Origin: Candidatus Lokiarchaeum ossiferum
GTDB taxonomy: Archaea; Asgardarchaeota; Lokiarchaeia; Sigyniarchaeales; Promethearchaeaceae
Assembly (NCBI GenBank): GCA_025839675.1
Contig: CP104013.1
Location: 5,010,001-5,042,000 of the forward strand
Direction: 5' to 3'
DNA: 32,000 nucleotides
Position 1 is the stretch's first letter. Each line of letters begins with the position of its first letter. The notes beneath the pieces were generated by a model, which did not search any database, was not told where the DNA came from, and worked only from the letters and a program-made list of their open reading frames with translations. Made by a program: the position numbers and the translations under genes. Below are positions 1 through 8,064 of this stretch, one piece after another.

Positions 1-2
1 AT

Positions 3-941
3 TATATCTATATCAAAACCCTTAATATTCCTTTTATTCGATTCTTTCAGTTTGCTTTCAAAATATCTCAATTGCTTAAGCTCAGAAAGTATGATATCGT
101 TCATTCCAGTTCAGGGGCGGGAATGTTTGTCAAAAATGTGGATTTTGAAACATTTTATCATTACGAACCATTTTCGATCCCTAACTTCAATGCGTGGATT
201 GGTTATACCCTATCGCGTGTCAGTTTGAAACGAAGCCGCCATATTTTTGCAATCTCAGAACAATCAGTAACAGAACTAATTCAATTTGAAAATCGTCGCC
301 GTGAGCTGATTTCTATTATAACAAATCCAATTGATTGCATGATTTTCAATCAAAATCATAATTTTTCTACCAAAAAGAAGGAAATACTGAAAGGAAAAGA
401 CGAAAAATTGATTCTTTCGGTTGGTCTTTTAATTAATCGGAAAAATCCCTTTTTGCTCATAAAAACTCTCGATTACATCATAAAAAAAGGAATTAATGCA
501 AAATTACTTATTATTGGCAACGGTCCTCTAAAACAAAAAATGATTCTTGCTGCTAATGAGAAAAAAATTCTCGATAATATCATTTTTATACATTCTACGG
601 GAGAAATTTACCCTTATTATTGCATGGCAGATCTCCTGCTCACTCCCAGCAAAAAAGAAGGATTTGGGTTCCTCTATCTGGAAGGACCTGCTTGTGGATG
701 CAAATTTGTCGGATTTCCTACGGGAATATCTCCCGTTGCTGCTAAAAAAAATTTGGGCATTGTTGTGAATGATGAAGTGTCGTTTATGGAATCTGCACAT
801 CAAATATTGCTTTCTGGGGACCGAACCGGTCAAGAAGAGTTTAATTTCATCTATAATAATTTTTCCATGGAAAAATTTGGAAAAAGACTGATTTCCAGTT
901 ATCAGAAATATTTAAATATAAGAGATGGTCGAAAATTTTAA
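3..941 (+). CDS. Glycosyltransferase, GT4 family (GT-B fold), 5'-partial (start lies upstream of the window)
   Basis: The frame is open from nt 3, with no stop upstream of the listed TTG at 72, so the gene begins outside the window. The C-terminal half has the Glycos_transf_1 pattern: LILSVGLLINRKNP, LLIIGNGPLK and the donor-binding motif PSKKEGFGFLYLEGPACGCKFVGFPTG (E-x7-E type). Confidence 0.8.
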   Translation, partial: YIYIKTLNIPFIRFFQFAFKISQLLKLRKYDIVHSSSGAGMFVKNVDFETFYHYEPFSIPNFNAWIGYTLSRVSLKRSRHIFAISEQSVTELIQFENRRRELISIITNPIDCMIFNQNHNFSTKKKEILKGKDEKLILSVGLLINRKNPFLLIKTLDYIIKKGINAKLLIIGNGPLKQKMILAANEKKILDNIIFIHSTGEIYPYYCMADLLLTPSKKEGFGFLYLEGPACGCKFVGFPTGISPVAAKKNLGIVVNDEVSFMESAHQILLSGDRTGQEEFNFIYNNFSMEKFGKRLISSYQKYLNIRDGRKF

Positions 942-1138
942 TTTATTGTTAAAAATCTGACTCCACCTATCATTTAGTGATTTGCATTTGAAATTCCTGT
1001 TAGAATTGTGATTTGTTTATTAACGACATTTTTTGTGACGCTACTTCTTAAATGTATGTTAAATTTTTCTTTGTATCTCATTTTAGTACTGATTAAGCTG
1101 AAAATTTAAGAAGCGTGAAGATTTTACTCACAATATAG

Positions 1139-1876
1139 ATGTTGCAAAAGTTTTTCAAACGTTTTGAAATTAAATATCAAATTTCTTTGCAAGAACGGGA
1201 TAACTTCATTGCTCATATCAAACCTTTCATGCATCTTGATTCACATACTTCCAATAATTTTTCTTATGAGGTAAGGAGTTTATATTTTGATTCACGCACA
1301 CATCATTCTTATTTTCAAAAAAATAATGGAACCAGCTATCGAAAAAAACTTCGAATTCGATATTATCCCGATTTTCAATCAATCGATGGAGAAACGGTTT
1401 TTATAGAGATAAAGAAAAAAAATAACGAAAATGTATCTAAGTCGAGAATAGTGGTTCCATTTGCTGATGCCATGAAAATTATTGATAATCACTCTCAAGA
1501 ATCACAAATTTTTTATCAAAATTCTTCAATTCAAGATAAGCGAACCCTTTCTGAAATTTGGCTCTTAGTTAAAAAACATGCTTTAACACCCGTCTGTGTA
1601 GTAAGTTACAAACGACAAGCATTTGTAGGATTAGTAGAGTCACGTTTTAGGTTGACATTCGATACAAATATAAAAGTACGAAAACAGAATTATGACCTTC
1701 ATAATGGGCATGGGATAAGTATCCTTTCTAAAAATGTTAGCGTGATGGAGATCAAATTTAACAATATCATTCCCCATTGGGCTATACGAATCGTTCAACG
1801 AAATAACCTCATACAACAAAAAATCTCAAAGTTTGCAAAGGGAATAAAAAAATCACGAAATTATTACCTAAACTGA
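1139..1876 (+). CDS. VTC-domain protein (triphosphate-tunnel / polyphosphate-polymerase-type domain), soluble
   Basis: 245-aa ORF with an ATG start and no hydrophobic helix. It has a series of beta-strand motifs with alternating charged residues, typical of the CYTH/VTC tunnel fold: RFEIKYQI, YEVRSLYFDS, KKLRIRYY, VFIEIKKK, SKSRIVV, VSYKRQAF, FRLTFDTNI, VMEIKFN. It ends 21 nt before the CotH gene. Confidence 0.8.
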   Translation: MLQKFFKRFEIKYQISLQERDNFIAHIKPFMHLDSHTSNNFSYEVRSLYFDSRTHHSYFQKNNGTSYRKKLRIRYYPDFQSIDGETVFIEIKKKNNENVSKSRIVVPFADAMKIIDNHSQESQIFYQNSSIQDKRTLSEIWLLVKKHALTPVCVVSYKRQAFVGLVESRFRLTFDTNIKVRKQNYDLHNGHGISILSKNVSVMEIKFNNIIPHWAIRIVQRNNLIQQKISKFAKGIKKSRNYYLN

Positions 1877-1897
1877 AATAAATCAAAGTGTCATAAA

Positions 1898-4747
1898 ATG
1901 AAAATTAAAGATAATAATTTCTTTGAATCCCAAATTAATTTTCAAAATCGGGTACCTTTATCAAAACAAAAAAAGGATTTCATTACTTTTGTTGTTATCT
2001 GCATTTTAACAGTAAATTTTTCCATTTTTTTCACTATCCTAGAACAACGGTCCAGCGAAGATGAACGAATACAAGAATTGTTTAATATTGATTACCAAAA
2101 TTCTTTCTCATCCCAAATCGAGATTTGTTCTTCAAAATTTCATACTAATACCATGATTTTGGAATTTTTTTGTTTTGTTCCAAAAGGATCTGAAAAAGTA
2201 TGGGTCAAATTGAATAATTCTGAGTGGATTCCCCTTCTTAAACAAGAAAATTTTATTCTCCAATCAAAGGAACCTTTTCAAAATGCTAGCCAATATTCAA
2301 TTGAGTTAAAGTGTGATACAAAAAGTTTTGAGTTCACAACCAAAATTTATAAACAAGATCTCCCAACCATTCAAATATTTTCCAGTAACCCAAAGAAAAT
2401 TATTTCAAATGAATCTGAAGAATGCCACTTTATTTTTCAGGCTAATTCGACTGTATTCAAGGAAACAGGCTATTTTTGTAGGGAAATCATTGGAACAATT
2501 CGAAATCGAAATTCTGGTAACGGCTTCTCAATTGAATTAAATCAACATGAATCCTTATTGGACATGAGAAAGGATGATGATTGGGTGCTTATTCCGAATC
2601 GTAACTATTTTAATGCTCTTCGGACTAAATTTGCGATGGATTTATTTAATTCTCTTTCACAATTGGATCCAATGTGTATTGCTCCAAAATCTGAACCCGT
2701 AGAAATATTTTTGAATGGATACTACTTAGGAGTTTATTTGTTGACCGAAAAAATAGATCGAAAACTTTTCAATCTTCCTGACAATCCGGCTGAAATTTCG
2801 GAAGAAAATTCGGTCGAAAACCCTATCGAAAATCTGGCAAAAAAAAGCGTGATCTTCAAATTGGAAGATTGGCAAGGCGATTTTTTTCACGCTACATCTC
2901 AAGGAAATGACAAGTGGGAACAAATTTATCCTAAGTCTTATCCATTTGACGATGAATATCTGAGATTGGAGGAATTCATTCAAACTAGCTCTGATGAGAT
3001 GTTTTTCAATGAAATCTCGGGAATATTTTCGTTCGTTAATTATACTCAATTAATGGATTTTATTCTATTTGACATAATTTCAGGCCATAACAGCATCGAA
3101 GGATATAAATATTACCTTGTTCAAAACGAATTTACACAATCACAATTCTGTTTTATTCCATGGGATTTTGACATGAGTTGGGGGTTTACCAATAGCTTTA
3201 TGTTATCTCCAGATTATTGGCTAAACCAAGATTCAAGTAACATTCAGTTCATTCGATGGAATAAATTAATTCAAAGAATTCTTTATCCTCAAAATACTTC
3301 CCTTAATACTCAATTTTTAACCGATCTTTCATTGCGCTGGGTATCAATACGAAATTCAATATGGACTTCTGAATATATTCAAGATTCTTTAACTTCTTTG
3401 TTTAATCAGATGTCAAATTCAATGCTTCGCCAAAATAAGTCAGAGGTGATTAATTTAATGTATACTCAAATGTCTGACTGGATCGATGTGCGATTACCTT
3501 TAATGGATCAAAAAAATTGGAGCCATAATAACGATGCTCTAAAAAATATTTCAACTTCTAATTTGCCATCGATTTCTCTTACATATAGTGCCATAATCTC
3601 TAAGGAAAGTTATGTTCAGTGCAATTTTGAGATGTTCAACTCAACCTTTGATAATAATGTACTCTCAATGAAAAGTAAAATAAAGATAAGAGGAAGGTCT
3701 GCATCTACTTTTCCAAAAAAAGGCTATCGGATTGAACTTGATAAAAAAGAATCACTATTGGGGATGAGATTTGATGATGATTGGTCTCTATTTGGAATGA
3801 ATTCTGATTTCCCACGAATGCGTCTTAAAATATCGATGGATTTATGGCGTGGTCTCCAATCTAATTCTTCAACGGCGACCTTACCACAATCTGAATATGT
3901 AAATTTAGTTATCAATGGCGTATACCAAGGATTATATCTTTTAGCGGAAAAAAATGATCCTAAACTCTATAATTTGGATGATCCACAACCAAATATCAAT
4001 TCTAGTTTGATCTTTCAAGCGATTACTTGGTCGTCTTTTCGAGAATACAAAAATTATTGTTGGGAGCAGGATTTTCCGGACATTGAAGATGGAAATATTA
4101 TTGATGAAATCTTGACCGATTTAATTGCTTTTGTGAGTGATTCACCCGATGAAATTTTTTATAATGAAACTTTTGGGGTATATTCTATCTTTAATAAACA
4201 AAATCTTATTGATTATTACCTTTACAACGTCTTTATTGGACATCTCGATTTTTGGGGAAAAAATTACTACATCATACGAAATACCGCACCAAATCAATTT
4301 TTTTTTAATCCTTGGGATTTTGATGGAACTTTTGGACAATGGGGTTGGTGGTTAGGGGAGCTGAATGAGACTGAAGGAGCTATAGGGTGGTTTGGGGATG
4401 ATATTCCAGGATTACATATTTTACGTCAAAGCCGGATTTACAATCGGTTACTGGAAAATTCAGCTTTTAGTCATGAAATAAAATTGCGCTGGAAAGATCT
4501 TCGAACCCGTTTATGGACTGAACAATATTTTCAAAATATGTATAATTCAAATTACAACAAAATCTCCCCTGTTCTCGCTCTCGATCTCCAACTTTGGAAA
4601 CCCACCACTGTAGATACAGAATTACCTTTTGAATGGCCAAATTTTGTTCTTTACAGTACAGAGACTTTTGTTTTAAACACATATCTTGAACATCTTCAAA
4701 GATATTTTCCTCAAATGCTTTCGATAATGGACGATTATTGTGCATAA
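1898..4747 (+). CDS. Membrane-anchored protein with two tandem CotH kinase-like modules
   Basis: 949 aa. A K-rich N-terminus is followed by one hydrophobic helix (FITFVVICILTVNFSIFFTIL, aa ~28-48). Two CotH-like modules follow (aa ~154-540 and ~555-949). Each carries ESLLxMRxDDDW, NGxYxGxYLLxEKxDxKLxNL and F(I/N)PWDFD motifs. There are at least 12 N-x-S/T sequons. Confidence 0.85.
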   Translation: MKIKDNNFFESQINFQNRVPLSKQKKDFITFVVICILTVNFSIFFTILEQRSSEDERIQELFNIDYQNSFSSQIEICSSKFHTNTMILEFFCFVPKGSEKVWVKLNNSEWIPLLKQENFILQSKEPFQNASQYSIELKCDTKSFEFTTKIYKQDLPTIQIFSSNPKKIISNESEECHFIFQANSTVFKETGYFCREIIGTIRNRNSGNGFSIELNQHESLLDMRKDDDWVLIPNRNYFNALRTKFAMDLFNSLSQLDPMCIAPKSEPVEIFLNGYYLGVYLLTEKIDRKLFNLPDNPAEISEENSVENPIENLAKKSVIFKLEDWQGDFFHATSQGNDKWEQIYPKSYPFDDEYLRLEEFIQTSSDEMFFNEISGIFSFVNYTQLMDFILFDIISGHNSIEGYKYYLVQNEFTQSQFCFIPWDFDMSWGFTNSFMLSPDYWLNQDSSNIQFIRWNKLIQRILYPQNTSLNTQFLTDLSLRWVSIRNSIWTSEYIQDSLTSLFNQMSNSMLRQNKSEVINLMYTQMSDWIDVRLPLMDQKNWSHNNDALKNISTSNLPSISLTYSAIISKESYVQCNFEMFNSTFDNNVLSMKSKIKIRGRSASTFPKKGYRIELDKKESLLGMRFDDDWSLFGMNSDFPRMRLKISMDLWRGLQSNSSTATLPQSEYVNLVINGVYQGLYLLAEKNDPKLYNLDDPQPNINSSLIFQAITWSSFREYKNYCWEQDFPDIEDGNIIDEILTDLIAFVSDSPDEIFYNETFGVYSIFNKQNLIDYYLYNVFIGHLDFWGKNYYIIRNTAPNQFFFNPWDFDGTFGQWGWWLGELNETEGAIGWFGDDIPGLHILRQSRIYNRLLENSAFSHEIKLRWKDLRTRLWTEQYFQNMYNSNYNKISPVLALDLQLWKPTTVDTELPFEWPNFVLYSTETFVLNTYLEHLQRYFPQMLSIMDDYCA

Positions 4748-4860
4748 TTGAATGGTAGCTCCCAAGGAAATGCACTGTTTTACGATATATTCTCATCTCC
4801 AGCCTCCGAGGAAATCCTCCCAAAATTTTAAAATTAATTAATCGTTTGGATTACATAACA

Positions 4861-5643
4861 ATGAGTAGCATAGATGGTACTTTCTTTGAGAAATTCATTC
4901 AAGATTCATTTGATAGTCTCGGAACCAACGTTTCTTCGTTAGTTTTTTCTGATATTCTGATAGTAGTATTTTGGACAACAACATTATCTCTAATTATTGC
5001 TCTCACATATCGGGGAACACATAAGGGCATTTCCTATTCTCAAAATTTTACCCAAACTCTGGTACTGTTAGGGTTAATTGTAGGAACCATTATGATTATT
5101 GTTGGGTCTGATATCGCTCGAGCTTTCACGCTTGTTGGGGCTCTATCCATTGTTCGATTTCGAAATGCAATCAAAGATACCCGAGATGTAGGCTTCATTT
5201 TCTTCACTATGGCAATCGGGATGGCATGTGGGACTCGTTTTTACTCTGTCGCTATTTTTGTCACTTTATTCGGGTGTGGATTGATGTATTTAATGTCATT
5301 TCTTGAGTTTGGTAAAAAAGAGTTAGTTCAAGATATTCTGGAGATGAATCTACCAATATCCCAAGAATATGCTCAAATTCTCTCTCCTATTTTAATCAAG
5401 TACTTGAAATACTATTCTCTACTTGGAATTGATTCGATCGATGATAAAACAAATCGGATCAGTTTTATTGTGACTTTTAAGAAGAAAACAAAGGGATTCA
5501 ATGTAATTTCCCAAATTATGAATAAAAATAAATATTCTGCTTCCGATTTGAACTCAAAAAATCTATTGTTAAAAGAACTTAATGAAAACGAATATGTTTC
5601 AGATATTAAAATTATTGAAGGGAATAATTCTACCGAAATTTAA
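4861..5643 (+). CDS. DUF4956-type integral membrane protein
   Basis: The ORF track starts at TTG 4846; the first ATG is 4861 (MSSIDG...) and is used here. There are about five hydrophobic helices (ILIVVFWTTTLSLIIALTY, TLVLLGLIVGTIMIIVG, VGFIFFTMAIGMACG, YSVAIFVTLFGCGLMYLM) and the core motif ALSIVRFRNAIKDTRDVGFIFFTMAIGMACG. A soluble tail of ~110 aa follows. Confidence 0.75.
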   Translation: MSSIDGTFFEKFIQDSFDSLGTNVSSLVFSDILIVVFWTTTLSLIIALTYRGTHKGISYSQNFTQTLVLLGLIVGTIMIIVGSDIARAFTLVGALSIVRFRNAIKDTRDVGFIFFTMAIGMACGTRFYSVAIFVTLFGCGLMYLMSFLEFGKKELVQDILEMNLPISQEYAQILSPILIKYLKYYSLLGIDSIDDKTNRISFIVTFKKKTKGFNVISQIMNKNKYSASDLNSKNLLLKELNENEYVSDIKIIEGNNSTEI

Positions 5644-5754
5644 TTCTGGAAATTAATTTAGGGAACTTCAGATCAAATAATCTCAAAAAAATTACCCCAA
5701 AATCGATTCTTTTTTAAAAAAGCAGCTAATATTGCACAAATGTTGGAATAAATA

Positions 5755-6822
5755 ATGGAAAATGAACAAATCTCTTCTAACTATAATCTTACCGTGATTT
5801 TTGTTAATTATCATTCCTTTTCTTTATTAAAAGCGGCCCTTAGTACTCTGGATGATCAAATCTATCATAATTTTCAAATTGCAATTGTTGATAACACCCC
5901 CGGAGTTGTTGAATATCAAAAATTGCAGCAGCTAGTTCAAAAAAGGAAAACGGATCGAAATCTTGCTACCATCCATTTGTTTAAACCGAAATTTAATCTC
6001 GGGTTTGCGGGAGGCAATAATTTTGCCATTAAACGGCTGAATTCTGATTTTTATTTTTTGTTAAATTGTGATACGGAGATTCCTACTCCCGACTTTTTAT
6101 CTCAAATTATGGAATATTTGTACAATCATCCTGCCGTAGGGTTTTTATCACCCAAAATGCTTTTTTATGCTGCTCCTATGCGAATATGGTATGCGGGGGC
6201 TCAGATTGCTCCTTCCAAGTTTTCCTTTATCTCCCATAATGGATTATATAAATTAGATTCCTCAACATATTCCCAAATTCGTGAAACGGATTTTGCCTGT
6301 GGGGCGGCTATGTTTGTCTCCCATAAGGTTATCCAGAAAGTTGGCCTGCTCGACGAACTATTTTTTATGTATGCAGAAGAAACCGATTGGAATGTGCGAG
6401 CCAAACATGCAGGCTTTCAAATCATCTATTTTCCCCCTGTTTCACTTTTTCATAAAGTCGATTTATTTACGGAAAGCAATAAGTGGGGGTATCGGAAAAA
6501 TTATTTCCAAGTCTATCTATACAACCGCAATAAGATTATTTTCATGCTAAAAAATTATGCCGGGCGAGAAATTTTCCTTTTTTTTACGCGTTATGAATTA
6601 AAAACGCTGGTGGCTGAACTTTATTTGGCCATCAAGATGAACCAACCGCTTTTTATCAAAGATTTTCTCCAATCTATCGTTCGGGGGGTTCAGATAGGAA
6701 TTCGACGAAGAACTCATCGAACCTGCTCCACCCTTTTGCGGAAAGAAATGGCATTTTTATCACGGGTTCAGAAAGTATCACGCAGTACGTCTTCGTCCCA
6801 AAAAGTTGATTGCAATAATTAA
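5755..6822 (+). CDS. Glycosyltransferase family 2 (GT-A fold; RfbF/WbbL-like)
   Basis: N-terminal GT-A motifs are present: LTVIFVNYHS, QIAIVDNTPG, NLGFAGGNNFAIK, FLLNCDTE (DxD-type) and ACGAAMFVSHKV. Confidence 0.85.
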   Translation: MENEQISSNYNLTVIFVNYHSFSLLKAALSTLDDQIYHNFQIAIVDNTPGVVEYQKLQQLVQKRKTDRNLATIHLFKPKFNLGFAGGNNFAIKRLNSDFYFLLNCDTEIPTPDFLSQIMEYLYNHPAVGFLSPKMLFYAAPMRIWYAGAQIAPSKFSFISHNGLYKLDSSTYSQIRETDFACGAAMFVSHKVIQKVGLLDELFFMYAEETDWNVRAKHAGFQIIYFPPVSLFHKVDLFTESNKWGYRKNYFQVYLYNRNKIIFMLKNYAGREIFLFFTRYELKTLVAELYLAIKMNQPLFIKDFLQSIVRGVQIGIRRRTHRTCSTLLRKEMAFLSRVQKVSRSTSSSQKVDCNN

Positions 6823-6831
6823 AATCTGTGC

Positions 6832-8064
6832 TTATTGGTATTTCTTTTCGCACTCGTTGTAAATTTGAATAAATTGCTTAATAATAATGTCCCAATTATA
6901 ATGGGCTCGAATTTTTTGGTGAGAATATTCGGAAAATAGCTGTTTTAACTGTTTATCTTTCAACTTTTCAAGATACTTTGCAATCTGTTTCTCATCGTGA
7001 GGGTTAACAAAATACCCGTTTTTGCTTTCCTCAATAAAATCACTCGCAAATCCCGTTCGGGTTGAAATAATGGGTAGACCGGATGCTGCCGCTTCTTGAA
7101 TGGTTTGGCCAAAGTTTTCATAGAGTGAAGTATAGACAAACACATCTGCATTTTGAAATTCTTCTATGAGATCCTGATCATATTTAGGTCCGATAAATGT
7201 TATTTTATCTGATAAGTCATGATTTTGGACCCATTGCTGCAATTCATCCAAATAACCTCCTTTTAACATCCCTGATGTCTTCATTTCTGCCCCGATGATC
7301 CGAAGTTCGACATCTTTCACCAATAGCATCGCCCTTAAGATTGGTTCTAAATTTCGATTTCTGGACAAGCGCCCTACAAATATTATTTTCAATGGGTTTT
7401 TTGATGTTGATTCGTAGAAGGTTTTGGGTTTATAGTATTTAGCGGAGTCGATTCCCATCGGAATTAGAGCCAATTTTTCTTGCGATACTCCAAAGGTCAA
7501 CGCTTCATCATATTCTAACTGTGATTCCACGATTATTTTATCTGCTCGTTTGATTATTTTTTTCCATGTTAGAATATCATATAAAATATATGGAAGCTGT
7601 TTAAACCCCGACACTACATGCTTATAACTTAATAATTGGCCACAGGGGTTGAAAATCAAAGGAATTTTTTTCTTTTTTGCTATTTTATACGCTATTTCGG
7701 TCTGAATACTCCGATAATTGAAGGCGTGGATTAAGTTTAAGTTTTTTTTCTTTAACTCTCCATACATTTGTGGGGTAAATACAAAGCGCATAATTTTTCC
7801 GTATATCTTGTAGCGTTTTACAGGAACTGCATCAAAAATTTCCTCATTTCTGCAGTCTTTTGTATCTAAATGAGAAGTAAAAATTGATGGTCTAAATCCA
7901 TCGTGCACAATTCTTCGAGCAATTCCAAACGCCTCTTTATTGGGTCCCGTTATACTTGGAAAAAATGATTCGATGGTAAAAGCGATATTCCTTGGATTTT
8001 CTTTCATCAATTGCTCTATCAATATCAGTTTTTCATACTTTTTATCTTTTTCTTCAATAGGCAT
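6832..8064 (-). CDS. Glycosyltransferase, GT4 family
   Basis: Donor-binding motif VFVYTSLYENFGQTIQEAAASGLPIISTRTG, plus KIIFVGRLSRNRN and N-terminal FFPSITGPNKEAFGIARR. The listed TTG start at 8097 is unlikely. The ATG at 8064 overlaps the last 11 nt of the upstream 964-aa gene (stop at 8054-8056). The ATG at 8007 (MKENPRNIAF) is an alternative start. Confidence 0.85.
   Translation of the reverse strand: MPIEEKDKKYEKLILIEQLMKENPRNIAFTIESFFPSITGPNKEAFGIARRIVHDGFRPSIFTSHLDTKDCRNEEIFDAVPVKRYKIYGKIMRFVFTPQMYGELKKKNLNLIHAFNYRSIQTEIAYKIAKKKKIPLIFNPCGQLLSYKHVVSGFKQLPYILYDILTWKKIIKRADKIIVESQLEYDEALTFGVSQEKLALIPMGIDSAKYYKPKTFYESTSKNPLKIIFVGRLSRNRNLEPILRAMLLVKDVELRIIGAEMKTSGMLKGGYLDELQQWVQNHDLSDKITFIGPKYDQDLIEEFQNADVFVYTSLYENFGQTIQEAAASGLPIISTRTGFASDFIEESKNGYFVNPHDEKQIAKYLEKLKDKQLKQLFSEYSHQKIRAHYNWDIIIKQFIQIYNECEKKYQ

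Noticed and set aside
4467-4823. 118-codon minus-strand ORF spanning the CotH 3' end and the CotH-DUF4956 gap
   Set aside because: It is mostly antisense to the well-supported CotH gene and has no recognisable motifs. I treat it as a shadow ORF.
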